A stretch of 64,000 nt of DNA from Alphaproteobacteria bacterium. GTDB taxonomy: Bacteria; Pseudomonadota; Alphaproteobacteria; Micavibrionales; UBA2020. The position numbers and the translations under genes were made by a program. Location of the stretch: the NCBI GenBank assembly GCA_030682495.1, contig JAUXOC010000100.1, positions 45 to 64,044 of the forward strand, given 5' to 3'. The notes below the pieces were generated by a model. It had not been told where the DNA came from. It saw only the letters and a program-made list of their open reading frames with translations, and ran no database searches. Of the stretch, positions 41,195-51,467 are shown piece after piece (positions within the stretch are counted from its first letter, which is position 1; every line of letters starts with the position of its first letter).

Positions 41195-43300
41195 TTAGCC
41201 ACCTTTTGCAAGGTTGGCCATGACCGCAACCAGCAGGATCGCAACGATGTTGGCGATCTTGATGAGCGGGTTGATGGCCGGGCCGGCAGTGTCCTTGTAG
41301 GGATCGCCGACGGTGTCACCGGTCACGGCGGCTTTGTGGGCTTCGGAGCCCTTGCCGCCAGAGTGGCCTTCTTCGATGTATTTTTTCGCGTTATCCCACG
41401 CACCGCCACCGGAGGTCATGGAGATAGCAACGAAAATACCGGTTACAATCGTACCGACGAGCATCGCGCCCAGAGCCTGGAAACCGGCTTCCATCGTGCC
41501 GTCCACTTTCCAGACCACCCAGAACAGGACGATCGGGGAAAGAACAGGCAGCAAAGACGGAACAATCATTTCCTTGATCGCAGCCTTGGTCAGCATGTCG
41601 ACAGCACGGCCATACTCGGGCTTGGATGTGCCCTTCATAATGCCCGGGATCTCTTTCAGCTGACGGCGCACTTCAATCACGATCGCCCCTGCCGCACGGC
41701 CAACGGCTGTCATGCAGATACCTGCGAACAGATACGGCAGCATGCCGCCGACGAACAGGCCGATAATCACGAACGGCGCGTTCAGCGGGAATTCGACAGT
41801 CATGTCGGGGAAGTAGTGCTTCAGCTCTTCGGTATAGGCAGCGAACAGCACCAGCGCGGCAAGGCCGGCAGAGCCAATCGCATAACCCTTGGTCACGGCT
41901 TTGGTCGTGTTGCCGACAGCATCCAGTGCGTCAGTGACGACACGGACTTTTTTCGGCAGATCCGACATCTCGGCGATACCGCCGGCGTTGTCGGTGACCG
42001 GGCCATAAGCGTCAAGTGCGACGATCATGCCGGCCAGCGCCAGCATGGTGGTTGCCGCAAGCGAGATACCATAGAGACCTGCAAAGTCATAGGACGCGTA
42101 GATACCGGCAGCAATCACGATCACCGGCAGCGCCGTGGATTCGAGAGAAACTGCAAGACCTTGAATAACGTTCGTGCCGTGACCGGTTTCGGATGCTTTC
42201 GCAATCGAACGGACAGGGCGGAACGCCGTCGAGGTGTAGTATTCCGTGATCCAGACCAGCGCCGCAGTCACGGCAAGGCCGACCAGTGCGCAATAGAACA
42301 GGTCTTTGCCCGTCACTTGCGTACCGGAAACCAGTTCAGCCGCACCCGACATATCACCCAGAACATAAGTGATCGACCAGTAGATCAGACCGGCGGAAAT
42401 CACGCCCGTCGCGATGAGGCCTTTGTAAAGCGCCATCATGATGTTCTGGCTTTCGCCCAGACGGACGAAATAGGTACCGATGATCGAGGCGATGATGCAG
42501 ACGCCGCCGATAAGCAGCGGCAGTTCCATCATCAGTTTCACGCTGTCGCCGACGAAAACGCTGGAGGCGATCAGCATGGTCGCAACGACCGTGACCGCAT
42601 AGGTTTCGAACAGGTCAGCCGCCATACCGGCGCAGTCGCCCACGTTGTCACCAACGTTGTCGGCAATAACGGCGGGGTTGCGCGGGTCATCTTCGGGAAG
42701 GTTGGCTTCGACTTTACCGCAAAGATCCGCGCCGACGTCAGCGCCTTTGGTAAAGATACCGCCACCCAGACGGGCGAAGATCGAAATCAGCGAGGCGCCA
42801 AAGCCCAGCGCGATCAGCGCTTCCAGCACGGCACGGTCCGCAACTTCTTTGGACAGCAGGAAGAAATAGTAGCCCGCAACGCCCAGCAAACCGAGACCAA
42901 CCACCAGCATGCCGGTGATGGCGCCCGATTTAAAGGCGATGGAGAGCGCTTCTTTCATGCCCTTTTGCGCAGCATCCGCAGTACGGACGTTGGCACGCAC
43001 CGACACGTTCATGCCGATATAACCGGCGATGCCCGACAGGATCGCGCCGATTGCAAAGCCGATGCCGACCTGTTGACCGAGCGTCATGCCCAGAATGATC
43101 GCAACGACCACGCCAACGGCGGCGATGGTGGTGTACTGGCGGTTCAGATAGGCGCTCGCCCCTTCTTGAATGGCCTGTGCAATTTCCTGCATCCGGGCGT
43201 TGCCTGCACTTGCAGTCAAAACCTGGTAGCCGGTGAGCACGCCATACAAAAGAGCCAGAAGGCCGGAACCCAGAATAATCGTTTGGATGTCCAACGTCAT
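41195..43300 (-). CDS. hppA: membrane-bound H+/Na+-translocating pyrophosphatase
   Basis: 701 aa polytopic protein; [18 protein letters not shown] and DTVGDPYKD signatures. Confidence 0.97.
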   Translation of the reverse strand: MTLDIQTIILGSGLLALLYGVLTGYQVLTASAGNARMQEIAQAIQEGASAYLNRQYTTIAAVGVVVAIILGMTLGQQVGIGFAIGAILSGIAGYIGMNVSVRANVRTADAAQKGMKEALSIAFKSGAITGMLVVGLGLLGVAGYYFFLLSKEVADRAVLEALIALGFGASLISIFARLGGGIFTKGADVGADLCGKVEANLPEDDPRNPAVIADNVGDNVGDCAGMAADLFETYAVTVVATMLIASSVFVGDSVKLMMELPLLIGGVCIIASIIGTYFVRLGESQNIMMALYKGLIATGVISAGLIYWSITYVLGDMSGAAELVSGTQVTGKDLFYCALVGLAVTAALVWITEYYTSTAFRPVRSIAKASETGHGTNVIQGLAVSLESTALPVIVIAAGIYASYDFAGLYGISLAATTMLALAGMIVALDAYGPVTDNAGGIAEMSDLPKKVRVVTDALDAVGNTTKAVTKGYAIGSAGLAALVLFAAYTEELKHYFPDMTVEFPLNAPFVIIGLFVGGMLPYLFAGICMTAVGRAAGAIVIEVRRQLKEIPGIMKGTSKPEYGRAVDMLTKAAIKEMIVPSLLPVLSPIVLFWVVWKVDGTMEAGFQALGAMLVGTIVTGIFVAISMTSGGGAWDNAKKYIEEGHSGGKGSEAHKAAVTGDTVGDPYKDTAGPAINPLIKIANIVAILLVAVMANLAKGG

Positions 43301-43450
43301 TGATTGCTTCCTCGTTGTTCGTTTCGTTTTTTGTTGTTGCGTTGTTTTCCGGCAGAGTTTTGCTGACGCAAAGAATCTCCCTGACGGCCTCGTTTGAATA
43401 TGAGTGGGGTGAACATGCCCAAGTTTCAGGCAGATAGCAAGACACTCTGT

Positions 43451-43490
43451 TACATTCTGTCACATTCAAATACATTCTGTCACATTCAAA
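43451..43490. repeat. perfect 20-bp tandem duplication (tacattctgtcacattcaaa x2)
   Basis: 43451..43470 equals 43471..43490 exactly. With 43442 acactc this gives five ACAYTC hexamers spaced exactly 10 bp apart. Confidence 0.95.
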
Positions 43491-43493
43491 AAC

Positions 43494-43502
43494 TTATCCA
43501 CA
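43494..43502 (+). promoter_or_regulatory. consensus DnaA box
   Basis: TTATCCACA, an exact match to the 9-mer consensus, 3 bp after the tandem repeat. Weaker look-alikes at about 43609-43617 (minus strand, TTATACACG) and 43711-43719 (TTATCTATA). Confidence 0.4.
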
Positions 43503-43733
43503 AATCCGGCCTCAGCTGCCCGCTCTTCCGCAAGCACGGGCATCAATTATGTCAAAAGAAAACATACCCGAATTACGGATAAAAACGGGCGATGAAAGAT
43601 TGTGACTTCGTGTATAAAATGCTAAAAAAATAACGGTTTAAACATCGACCGGCGATCATCGTTTCCGCAGCGCAGCCACAGGCTCCGCGGGCGACAGCAT
43701 CACCGGAATTTTATCTATATAAGGGGATACCCT

Positions 43734-46454
43734 GTGACCGCAGACAATACCGCGCCCAAACATGGCATCGCGCCGATCACCATCGAAGAGGAAATGCAAA
43801 AATCCTACCTCGATTACGCGATGAGCGTCATCGTCAGCCGCGCCCTGCCCGATGTGCGCGACGGCCTGAAGCCTGTGCATCGCCGCATTCTCTACGCGAT
43901 GCGCGAAGGCGGATATGACAGCAGCAAACCCTATAAAAAATCCGCGCGTATCGTCGGTGACGTCATGGGTAAATACCACCCGCATGGCGACAGCGCGATT
44001 TATGATGCGATGGTGCGTATGGCGCAGGATTTTTCGATGCGCCTGCCGCTGGTCGACGGTCAGGGTAACTTCGGCTCGATGGACGGCGACCCCGCCGCCG
44101 CGATGCGTTACACCGAAGCGCGCCTGAACAAAGTCGCCGAAACGCTGCTCGAAGACATCGACAAGGAAACCGTCGACTTTCAGCCCAACTACGATGAATC
44201 CACGCTGGAGCCGACCGTCCTCCCCGCGCGCTTCCCCAACCTGCTGGTCAACGGCGCGAACGGTATTGCCGTCGGTATGGCGACCAACATCCCGCCGCAT
44301 AACCTCGGCGAAGTGATCGATGGCTGCTGCGCCTATATCGACAATCCGGATGTGACGATTGACGAGCTGACCGAGCTGATCCCCGGCCCCGATTTCCCCA
44401 CCGGTGCACAGATCCTTGGCCGCAACGGTATTTTGGGCATGCAGCACACGGGCCGCGGCTCCATCATCATGCGCGCAAAAACCTCCATCGAGGAAATCCG
44501 CAAGGACCGCGATGCGATCATCGTCCATGAAATCCCCTTCCAGCAAAACAAATCCCGCCTGCTGGAGCGCATCGCCGAATGCGTGCGCGAAAAGACTATC
44601 GAAGGCATCGGCGATCTGCGTGATGAATCCGACCGCGACGGCGTGCGCATCGTTATTGAACTGAAACGCGATGCGATCGCCGATGTGGTCATGAACCAGC
44701 TTTACAAACACACGCCGCTGCAATCCAGCTTTGGTGCCAACATGCTGGCGCTGAACTACGGCCGCCCGCAAATGATGAATCTTAAAGAATTCATCGCCGC
44801 CTTCGTCACCTTCCGCGAAGAAGTCATCACCAAACGGACGATTTTCGAGTTGGGCAAAGCCCGTGACCGCGCCCATATCTTGGCCGGCCTTGCGGTCGCC
44901 GTTGCGAATATCGACGAGATCATCAAGATTGTCCGCACGGCGTCTGACCCCGCCGATGCGCGCGAAAAGCTGACGGCGCGCCTCTGGCCCGCCTCCGAAG
45001 TCGCCGCGCTAATCCGCCTGATCGACGATCCGGAATATCCGATTGCCAACGACAACACTTATAAAATGTCGGATACGCAGGCACGCGCCATCCTTGATCT
45101 GCGCCTGCACCGCCTGACGGCGCTGGAGCGCGACAAGATCGGCGACGAGCTGAAAGAGGTCTGCGTTTATATCGAAGAATGTCTGCGCATCCTCGGCAGC
45201 CGCGAGGCGTTGATGACTCTGCTGCGCGGCGAGCTGGTCGATATCCGCGAAAAATACGCAACTCCGCGCAAGACCGAGCTGATGCCCGATGAATTCGAGA
45301 CCGACCTCGAAGCACTCATCCAAAAAGAAGACATGGTCGTGACCGTCAGCCATACCGGCTACGTCAAACGCGTGCCCCTCGCCACCTACCGCGCGCAAAA
45401 ACGCGGCGGCAAAGGCCGCACCGGCATGCAGACCAAAGAAGAAGATTTCGTCACCGATCTGTTTATCGCCAATACGCATACGCCTGTCTTGTTCTTCACC
45501 TCCAAGGGCATCGTGCACAAGATGAAGGTCTACCGTCTGCCGCTGGGAACGCCCCAGTCGCGCGGCAAGGCCTTTGTCAACCTGCTGCCGCTGGAGAAGG
45601 ACGAAAAAATCTCCGTCGTCATGCCGCTGCCGGAAGACGAGGATACATGGGGTCAGCTGGACGTGATCTTCGCGACCAGCCACGGTACCGTGCGCCGCAA
45701 CAGCCTTGAAGATTTCAAAAACATCCGCGCCAACGGCCTGATCGCCATGAAGCTGGAAGGCGACGAACAGCTGATCGACGTGCGCACCTGCCCGCCGGAC
45801 AGCGATCTTCTGATCTCCACCCGCAAGGGCAAGGCAATCCGTTTCGCCGTTACCGACGATACGCTGCGCATGTTCAAATCCCGTTCCTCCACCGGTGTGC
45901 GCGGCATCAAGCTGATGGAAGGGGACGAAGTCGTCTCTATCTCCATCCTGCGCCATGTCGATGCCACGGCAGATGAACGTATCGCCTATCTGAAACGCGC
46001 ATCGCAACTGCGCAACCAGGTCGAAGACGAAGAAAACGGCGCGGGAGACGAAGAAGAAGCCGCCTCCGGCAACGTCATCCTCACCGACGAGCGTTTCAAT
46101 GAGCTGGCCGCGCAGGAAGACTTCCTGCTCGCCGTCACCACGCGCGGCTTCGGCAAACGCACGTCGGCCTATGAATACCGCACCACAGGCCGCGGCGGAT
46201 CGGGCATCTGGAACATGAAGCTTTCTGCCCGCAATGGCGAAATCGTTTGTTCCTACATCATCACAGACAATGACGAGGTGATGCTGGTCACCAACGGCGG
46301 GCAGATTATCCGTATGCCGGTATCCGACGTACGCTTCGTTGGCCGCCAGACACAGGGTGTCACCCTCTTCCGCATCGAAGCGGGCGAAGAAGTCGTCTCC
46401 GCTGCCGTCATCCGCGACGCCGGTGAAGGCCCTGATATGGAGGGGAACGAGTAA
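43734..46454 (+). CDS. gyrA: DNA gyrase subunit A
   Basis: 906 aa; GTG start with AGGGGA upstream; [30 protein letters not shown], active-site region AAMRYTE. Confidence 0.98.
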   Translation: MTADNTAPKHGIAPITIEEEMQKSYLDYAMSVIVSRALPDVRDGLKPVHRRILYAMREGGYDSSKPYKKSARIVGDVMGKYHPHGDSAIYDAMVRMAQDFSMRLPLVDGQGNFGSMDGDPAAAMRYTEARLNKVAETLLEDIDKETVDFQPNYDESTLEPTVLPARFPNLLVNGANGIAVGMATNIPPHNLGEVIDGCCAYIDNPDVTIDELTELIPGPDFPTGAQILGRNGILGMQHTGRGSIIMRAKTSIEEIRKDRDAIIVHEIPFQQNKSRLLERIAECVREKTIEGIGDLRDESDRDGVRIVIELKRDAIADVVMNQLYKHTPLQSSFGANMLALNYGRPQMMNLKEFIAAFVTFREEVITKRTIFELGKARDRAHILAGLAVAVANIDEIIKIVRTASDPADAREKLTARLWPASEVAALIRLIDDPEYPIANDNTYKMSDTQARAILDLRLHRLTALERDKIGDELKEVCVYIEECLRILGSREALMTLLRGELVDIREKYATPRKTELMPDEFETDLEALIQKEDMVVTVSHTGYVKRVPLATYRAQKRGGKGRTGMQTKEEDFVTDLFIANTHTPVLFFTSKGIVHKMKVYRLPLGTPQSRGKAFVNLLPLEKDEKISVVMPLPEDEDTWGQLDVIFATSHGTVRRNSLEDFKNIRANGLIAMKLEGDEQLIDVRTCPPDSDLLISTRKGKAIRFAVTDDTLRMFKSRSSTGVRGIKLMEGDEVVSISILRHVDATADERIAYLKRASQLRNQVEDEENGAGDEEEAASGNVILTDERFNELAAQEDFLLAVTTRGFGKRTSAYEYRTTGRGGSGIWNMKLSARNGEIVCSYIITDNDEVMLVTNGGQIIRMPVSDVRFVGRQTQGVTLFRIEAGEEVVSAAVIRDAGEGPDMEGNE

Positions 46455-46477
46455 TCCCCACAATACCTTTTGAAACC

Positions 46478-46513
46478 AAAAAAAAGGCGCGGATTAACTC
46501 TGCGCCTTTTTTT
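46478..46513. terminator. rho-independent terminator (bidirectional context)
   Basis: aaaaaaaa-ggcgc-ggattaactct-gcgcc-ttttttt lies between gyrA and the convergent GNAT gene. Confidence 0.7.
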
Positions 46514-46534
46514 GTTGAAAGAATACGCCGCCGC

Positions 46535-47104
46535 TTATTCGTCCTCCTCCACCAGCCGCCAAACCAGCGGCGGAAGCACGGCGGGGTCGGTCATGGTGAA
46601 GCGGTGCACATCCAGCGGCACGCCGTCCGAACAGCGCAAATGACCGCCCCTGTCGGTACGCAGATAGGTAAAACCCAGTTTTTCGATCACGCGGCGGCTG
46701 GCGTCGTTGCCTTCATAGTAATTGATATTCACGGCACGCGCGCCCAGTGCCTCAAAGGCATAGCGGATGGCGGCATTCGTCGCCTCGGTCGCATAGCCCT
46801 TGCCGCACTGGGATAGCGCACACCAATAACCCGTGGCAAAAACGCCGTCACCATCATCCATGATGCCGCCCATCACGGCAAACTTGCCGTTGTCTTTGGC
46901 AAAGCAGGCGGCGACGTCGAAGGGCTTTTCGGGATTGAGACCCGCAACGAAAGCCTCCATCGCGCTTTGCGGCTTTTGGTCATCATAGGCCCAGCTCATC
47001 CATGTTTGCAGCTCGCCCCAAACTTCTTCCTTGGCAGCCTGTATTTCCGGCACATACTCCAGCCGCACGGGGAGGATCATCAGGCGGTCGGTTTCAATGC
47101 GCAT
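46535..47104 (-). CDS. GNAT family N-acetyltransferase
   Basis: Start at ATG 47104 (GAGGA upstream). MRIETDRLMILP..., QCGKGYATEA acetyl-CoA-binding-like motif. Confidence 0.8.
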   Translation of the reverse strand: MRIETDRLMILPVRLEYVPEIQAAKEEVWGELQTWMSWAYDDQKPQSAMEAFVAGLNPEKPFDVAACFAKDNGKFAVMGGIMDDGDGVFATGYWCALSQCGKGYATEATNAAIRYAFEALGARAVNINYYEGNDASRRVIEKLGFTYLRTDRGGHLRCSDGVPLDVHRFTMTDPAVLPPLVWRLVEEDE

Positions 47105-47261
47105 CTTGTCCTCGCTTATCTGAAAGCTTTGATATAATCGGTTATCACGGCGGCAATTTCTACATAATCCGCAGCGGCGGCAAAATGCGTGTTTTTCATT
47201 GCGCTTTATCCCGAACTGTTTCAAGCTTCTTGTCACCGTCAACCAGATAGTAGCAATCACA

Positions 47262-47789
47262 ATGAAAAAAGCAGCTAAAAAACCATCCCGCCTGATCGGC
47301 GTCTATCCCGGCACGTTTGACCCTGTCACTCTCGGCCACCTTGATATCATCGAGCGGGCGCTGAAAGTCGTTGACCATGTCGTCATCGCCGTGGCGGACA
47401 ATCCGGGCAAGGGGCCGCTGTTTTCGACCGAAGAGCGTGTGAAGATGATGGAAACCGATCTGGCCAATAACCCCAAGATCAAAGGCAAGTCTTGGGAAGT
47501 CCGCCCCTTCAACAAGCTTTTGATGCAATTCGTCGAAGACGTCGATGCCCGCGTCATTGTGCGCGGCCTGCGCGCCGTGTCGGATTTTGAATACGAATTC
47601 CAGATGGCCGGCATGAACGCCTATCTGAACAAGGACATCGAAACGATGTTTCTGATGTCACAGGACAAGTTCCAGTTTGTTTCTTCCCGCTTCATCAAAG
47701 AAATCGGGCGGCTGGGCGGCAACATCAGCCACTTCGTTACGCCTTCGGTGAACAAAGCGCTGAAAAAGAAATTCAAAACAGGCGGCTGA
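47262..47789 (+). CDS. coaD: pantetheine-phosphate adenylyltransferase
   Basis: GVYPGTFDPVTLGHLDII and SSRFIKE motifs. Confidence 0.95.
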   Translation: MKKAAKKPSRLIGVYPGTFDPVTLGHLDIIERALKVVDHVVIAVADNPGKGPLFSTEERVKMMETDLANNPKIKGKSWEVRPFNKLLMQFVEDVDARVIVRGLRAVSDFEYEFQMAGMNAYLNKDIETMFLMSQDKFQFVSSRFIKEIGRLGGNISHFVTPSVNKALKKKFKTGG

Positions 47790-49143
47790 TCTCCACGAGG
47801 CCCTTTTTAGCTGCGCGGTGGCTTCCATGCAGGGCGTGTGGCGGCGCGGGTTTTTGCAGGCTCTCCAGCGCGGCCAGACGCGCCAGCACGGCATCAGCGC
47901 CCGCTTCGGTGATCGAGCCGTATTTGGGCTTGCCGAGGGCTTTCGGGTCGGCGTCCATTTCTGATACCCGCAGCAGGCGGTTTTGCGGGTTGATCTGTTC
48001 GACCTCCGCCTGCACCTCCAGCGCGGCATCCAGATTGCTCAGACGCGCGGCCAGCGCGGGGGCGCGTTTTTGTGGTGGCGTCAGGAAATCGATCATGCTC
48101 AGGCTATTGAAGGCCGTAATACGGTCAGCACGCAAAAGACCGGGCGCCGCACCATTGACGATCTCAGAGGGATGTTCATCGACCAGCGTTTCAATCGCGC
48201 CCGATGCGCGGTCGATGCGATGAATACGCAGGCGGTCGGCGTTCTGGCCGTTGTGCTTGACGTCAAAATCCAGCTCTACCGCCAGCGCATCGCCGTTGCC
48301 TGCCCCGTAATAGGCCGTCACCTTGCGGTGCTGGCTATCAAAGACATAGCTGGCATGAAACAGCACCGGCGTCCCCGTCTTGCCGGATCGGAAAGTCGAA
48401 TCGATCTCGTAAATCACATCCGCCGCTTTTTCGCTCAGGTATCCTTTTTTGGCCGCGCCCTGCTCCAGCGACAGCCGCGCATGGCCAAACATGTCAGAGA
48501 TAATCGACAAGGCATGCACCGACTCGCTGGGTACGCCGATAGACGGGCGCGTGTCGGCGGTGCGGTTCTTGCCCCAGATCGCCTCGAACCCTATCGGCTT
48601 CAGCCCGCCATGTGCGGCATCAATAGATGGCATCATTTCTGTCAGACGGTCGAAGACGGGGCTAAAATTCACAACCGTATTCATACTCAGATATCGCTTG
48701 CGCAACTCCGGCTCCAGCTCGCGCGCTTCGCGCAGGTGTTCGGTCAGCGGCTTTTCTGTCAGCACCGCCTGCAGATCGGGACGTTCAGCAAAAAGCTTAC
48801 GGAAAGCGGATATGTGTTGGTCATCATTAAAGGCCATCACCGCGATGTCAGGCTTTTGCGCAGCCAGTGCCGAATCCATATCCGCAAAAGGCGTCACGCG
48901 CGCGGGCAAGACTTTCAGCATGTCATCCCTGCGGTCAACGGCGGCAATATCCAACGTGATACCTTGCGGCGCGAGAACCTTGTCGGCAATCTCGATGAGC
49001 GAAGCGATATGCCGCTGCCCCATCACGCCAGCCCCCAGCACCAGAACCTGAAAATGTTTTTGCGCCGGCCTGGCCTGTGCGCCGAAATCGTCGTGCAGCG
49101 GTTTGGACATCCATTTTGCCTTGCTGTTTTCCAGACTTATCAT
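47773..49143 (-). CDS. Gfo/Idh/MocA-like NAD(P)-binding oxidoreductase family protein
   Basis: Rossmann start VLVLGAGVMGQRH and an EKPL motif (LTEKPLTE). The C-terminal half is unrecognised. The 3' end overlaps the coaD 3' end by 17 nt. Confidence 0.55.
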   Translation of the reverse strand: MISLENSKAKWMSKPLHDDFGAQARPAQKHFQVLVLGAGVMGQRHIASLIEIADKVLAPQGITLDIAAVDRRDDMLKVLPARVTPFADMDSALAAQKPDIAVMAFNDDQHISAFRKLFAERPDLQAVLTEKPLTEHLREARELEPELRKRYLSMNTVVNFSPVFDRLTEMMPSIDAAHGGLKPIGFEAIWGKNRTADTRPSIGVPSESVHALSIISDMFGHARLSLEQGAAKKGYLSEKAADVIYEIDSTFRSGKTGTPVLFHASYVFDSQHRKVTAYYGAGNGDALAVELDFDVKHNGQNADRLRIHRIDRASGAIETLVDEHPSEIVNGAAPGLLRADRITAFNSLSMIDFLTPPQKRAPALAARLSNLDAALEVQAEVEQINPQNRLLRVSEMDADPKALGKPKYGSITEAGADAVLARLAALESLQKPAPPHALHGSHRAAKKGLVEISRLF

Positions 49144-49289
49144 AGTATTAAGTGGTTAAAATTATCTGAAAAATAGCCTTTTTGCCTCTTTGCCGCACCC
49201 TGGCATTTTTCAATTTACAAAACAGGCAATATGATCTAATAACTTGACCGCAACTTGGAAAAAACTTAATGTCCAAGTCCTTGAGATAT

Positions 49290-49364
49290 GATTCCGTAGC
49301 TCAGCGGTAGAGCATCTGACTTTTAATCAGAGGGTCCAGGGTTCAAATCCCTGCGGGATCACCA
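49290..49364 (+). tRNA. tRNA-Lys (anticodon TTT)
   Basis: Hand fold: acceptor GATTCCG/CGGGATC, anticodon stem TCTGA/TCAGA with loop CTTTTAA, T-loop GGTTCAAAT, encoded CCA. Confidence 0.95.
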
Positions 49365-49424
49365 TTAAATCAACCACATAGCCGCGCCAATATGTAATTC
49401 GTTAGAGTTTAAATCAGTCTAACG

Positions 49425-49568
49425 TTAGAGTTTCCGGCTTTGTTCTGCCCCGTTTTCGGGGCCGTCTTGCGCCGCCGCAAAGGCATCGCATTCCCAGCAT
49501 CGCCAGCGCAGGTTGGCATCGTATATGCAAAACATCGGCTGGCAGCATTCGCGGCAATGCGCCAGCAT
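49425..49568 (-). CDS. small Cys-rich (zinc-ribbon-like) phage protein
   Basis: Internal ATG of track ORF 49425..49673 gives MLAHCRECC...RCWECD (two CxxC pairs). The longer form would overlap the o-spanin by 58 nt. Confidence 0.3.
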   Translation of the reverse strand: MLAHCRECCQPMFCIYDANLRWRCWECDAFAAAQDGPENGAEQSRKL

Positions 49569-49615
49569 GCGCGGGTTGACGGTCAGGTGCAGCGGGCCGA
49601 TTGTCGTCTGGATAA

Positions 49616-49924
49616 TCACGGGCCGCAGACCTTTTCGATCACCCCCGGCAAGCGCGCCATGCGGCGGCTGCATTCCTCGACCGCGGCATATGCGTTTGAA
49701 AGCGCCAGCGCCGCATCGGCCTGCGTGGCGGCAGGGGGCAGCGCCGCCGGCATGGGGCAGCTGGTCAGCGCGGGCGGGATCTTAATCGGGTTTTTCGCCA
49801 CCGTAGCGTGCCCGCAGCCGGTCAAGAGTATCGGCCAGCACAGGAGCCAAAGCACCGTCGCGCACCGTAAGCCGGTCGGCCGCGATGCCGCTGCGGACGT
49901 TTTGGTAGAAATCGTTTCGCTCAT
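49616..49924 (-). CDS. o-spanin (Rz1-like outer-membrane lipoprotein)
   Basis: Lipobox LLTGC after a hydrophobic segment. Pro-rich mature part (NPIKIPPALTSCPMPAALPPAA). Starts inside the i-spanin gene in another frame and extends past its stop (overlapped architecture). Confidence 0.6.
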   Translation of the reverse strand: MSETISTKTSAAASRPTGLRCATVLWLLCWPILLTGCGHATVAKNPIKIPPALTSCPMPAALPPAATQADAALALSNAYAAVEECSRRMARLPGVIEKVCGP

Positions 49925-50144
49925 GGCTTTCCTCCCTGTCTATTTGCATGGCCTGAATAACGGCGGCTGCGGACTCTGTGGCGCGTTTGAGCGATGCCTC
50001 GGCCACCACCCTAGCCGCAACCGCCTTATCGCGCTCAGCGAGTCTGTAATCGGCCAGAAACCACATTCCCGTGACAGCCACCAAAGACAGCGCGGGGATC
50101 AGCAGGTTTCGCCATGCATAAATTTTCGATAACAGCAGGATCAC
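49782..50144 (-). CDS. i-spanin (Rz-like)
   Basis: N-terminal TM (LLIPALSLVAVTGMWFL) then a charged helical periplasmic part. 4-nt overlap with the endolysin gene. Confidence 0.6.
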   Translation of the reverse strand: MILLLSKIYAWRNLLIPALSLVAVTGMWFLADYRLAERDKAVAARVVAEASLKRATESAAAVIQAMQIDREESHERNDFYQNVRSGIAADRLTVRDGALAPVLADTLDRLRARYGGEKPD

Positions 50145-50530
50145 GGGTACACCTTCCGGTCGAGCTCGAAATGCGGGCCGTCGAAAAATGTTTTCCAGTC
50201 ACCGCCCCAGACGATGGCTACGCCCAGCTCGGCGGCAGCGGCCTTCATGGCCTCGGCGATTTTGAAATAATGCGGCCTGTCCCAGCTGACAGTACCGCCG
50301 ACCCACGCCGCCAGATCCACCGCATGGCCGGTCAGGTGGCGGCTGTTCATCGTCTGGCTTTTTCCGGCCTTGACCAGCTCGGCCTGCCGCGCCTTGGTGC
50401 GCAGCCCTTCGGTCACGGCAAAATCGACCGCCGTGATCTGGATCGCGCGCTCGACCACCCGCACCAGATCGGGGTGCACGCCCAGAAGGTTGCGGCGCGA
50501 CCGCGCACTCAGGGAAAATTTACTTGCCAT
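50141..50530 (-). CDS. endolysin, peptidase M15 (VanY/L-alanyl-D-glutamate peptidase type)
   Basis: NSRHLTGHAVDL (SxHxxGxAxD) and GGDW..F.DGPHFEL. Confidence 0.88.
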   Translation of the reverse strand: MASKFSLSARSRRNLLGVHPDLVRVVERAIQITAVDFAVTEGLRTKARQAELVKAGKSQTMNSRHLTGHAVDLAAWVGGTVSWDRPHYFKIAEAMKAAAAELGVAIVWGGDWKTFFDGPHFELDRKVYP

Positions 50531-50723
50531 TGATCAGATGCCTTTCGTCAAACGTCGCCTTTTTTACAAACCCCCACGGCGTGGTGTATCCCTCGGCTTC
50601 ACCGCAGGCTTCGCGCAGCGCGGCGGTTTTTTCGGTGATACTGCAGACGGCGGCCTGCCGCTCTGCGCGCTGCTCGGCCATACGTTTTTCGCAGGGCAGG
50701 AATTTTTCGATCAGTTTAAACAT
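50520..50723 (-). CDS. phage hypothetical protein (67 aa)
   Basis: Start taken at ATG 50723 (MFKLIEKF...), 8-nt overlap with the holin gene. No TM segment. Confidence 0.35.
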   Translation of the reverse strand: MFKLIEKFLPCEKRMAEQRAERQAAVCSITEKTAALREACGEAEGYTTPWGFVKKATFDERHLINGK

Positions 50724-50961
50724 CGCGTCTCCTTTCGATTTCGCGGGTAAGTGTCGACAGGCTGCCATCGACGCCCTTCAGCACGACCAGCGTGTCGCGC
50801 TGCATGGCGTTCTGCTCGTCGTCCTGTTTCATCAGCCGCTTCCACAAAACGATGATGGCGGCGACCAAAAGAACGATGACCAGCAAAAGCACGGTGACAA
50901 CCGCGCCCAGCTCGAAAAGCCGGAGCGTGCCATCGACGGCGATTTTTTCCAGAGCATCCAT
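50716..50961 (-). CDS. putative holin (single TM)
   Basis: 81 aa with a TM helix (LGAVVTVLLLVIVLLVAAIIVLW) and a charged C-terminus. Lies two genes upstream of the endolysin, with the 67-aa gene between. Confidence 0.55.
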   Translation of the reverse strand: MDALEKIAVDGTLRLFELGAVVTVLLLVIVLLVAAIIVLWKRLMKQDDEQNAMQRDTLVVLKGVDGSLSTLTREIERRRDV

Positions 50962-51467
50962 CAGGCCCCCGTGATCGCTTCATAGGCCGCATCGAATGCC
51001 GCCTCGATTTCTTCCGGCGTGGTCAGGGTGTCATCGGCAATCTCCGGCCGCACCAGCGCCGCCGCGTCCACCGTGCGCTGCACATGAACGGCAATCGCCA
51101 CGCCCACAGCCTTCAGCTGGCCGATGGTCAGCTGCACGTCCGTGCCGTTGAGCGTGAAGGTAAACGTGTCCGTGTCGGGCGTGCCCTTGATCAAGGCCTC
51201 GGTGATCTTGCCGGTGATCAGCGTCTTGTCACGGTCGCGGGTCAGCACGGGCAGGCCGCCCACTGTGATGCCGCCAACCTCCCGCTGCCAGCGCGTTTCG
51301 TCCAGATGTGCCATCAGGTCGGCCTGCGGTGCGTGGAAACTGCCGTCATAGGTATAGCCAGCCTGCACCGTTTCGTCGCAATCGACCCATTCCATGCTTG
51401 AAGCGACGGGGAACACGTCAGCCGAGACTTCGACCACGCGACCGTTAAAAACAAGAGCTTTCATCAT
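50961..51467 (-). CDS. phage tail-associated protein (DUF4376-like)
   Basis: 168 aa directly after the fibre gene. The pattern ...RWQREVGGITVGGLPVLTRDRDKTLITG resembles DUF4376 as I recall it. Confidence 0.4.
   Translation of the reverse strand: MMKALVFNGRVVEVSADVFPVASSMEWVDCDETVQAGYTYDGSFHAPQADLMAHLDETRWQREVGGITVGGLPVLTRDRDKTLITGKITEALIKGTPDTDTFTFTLNGTDVQLTIGQLKAVGVAIAVHVQRTVDAAALVRPEIADDTLTTPEEIEAAFDAAYEAITGA

Noticed and set aside
43301-43733. Chromosomal replication origin, suggested by the consensus DnaA box and repeats
   Set aside because: There is only one exact DnaA box and two weak ones, no AT-rich unwinding element, no dnaA/dnaN/hemE-type neighbours, and no cluster of GANTC sites. 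A regulatory array is the more conservative reading.
49440-50132. 230-aa plus-strand ORF across the spanin region
   Set aside because: It is antisense to the Zn-ribbon, o-spanin and i-spanin genes, which have clear TM and lipobox features. Its composition is shadow-frame-like.
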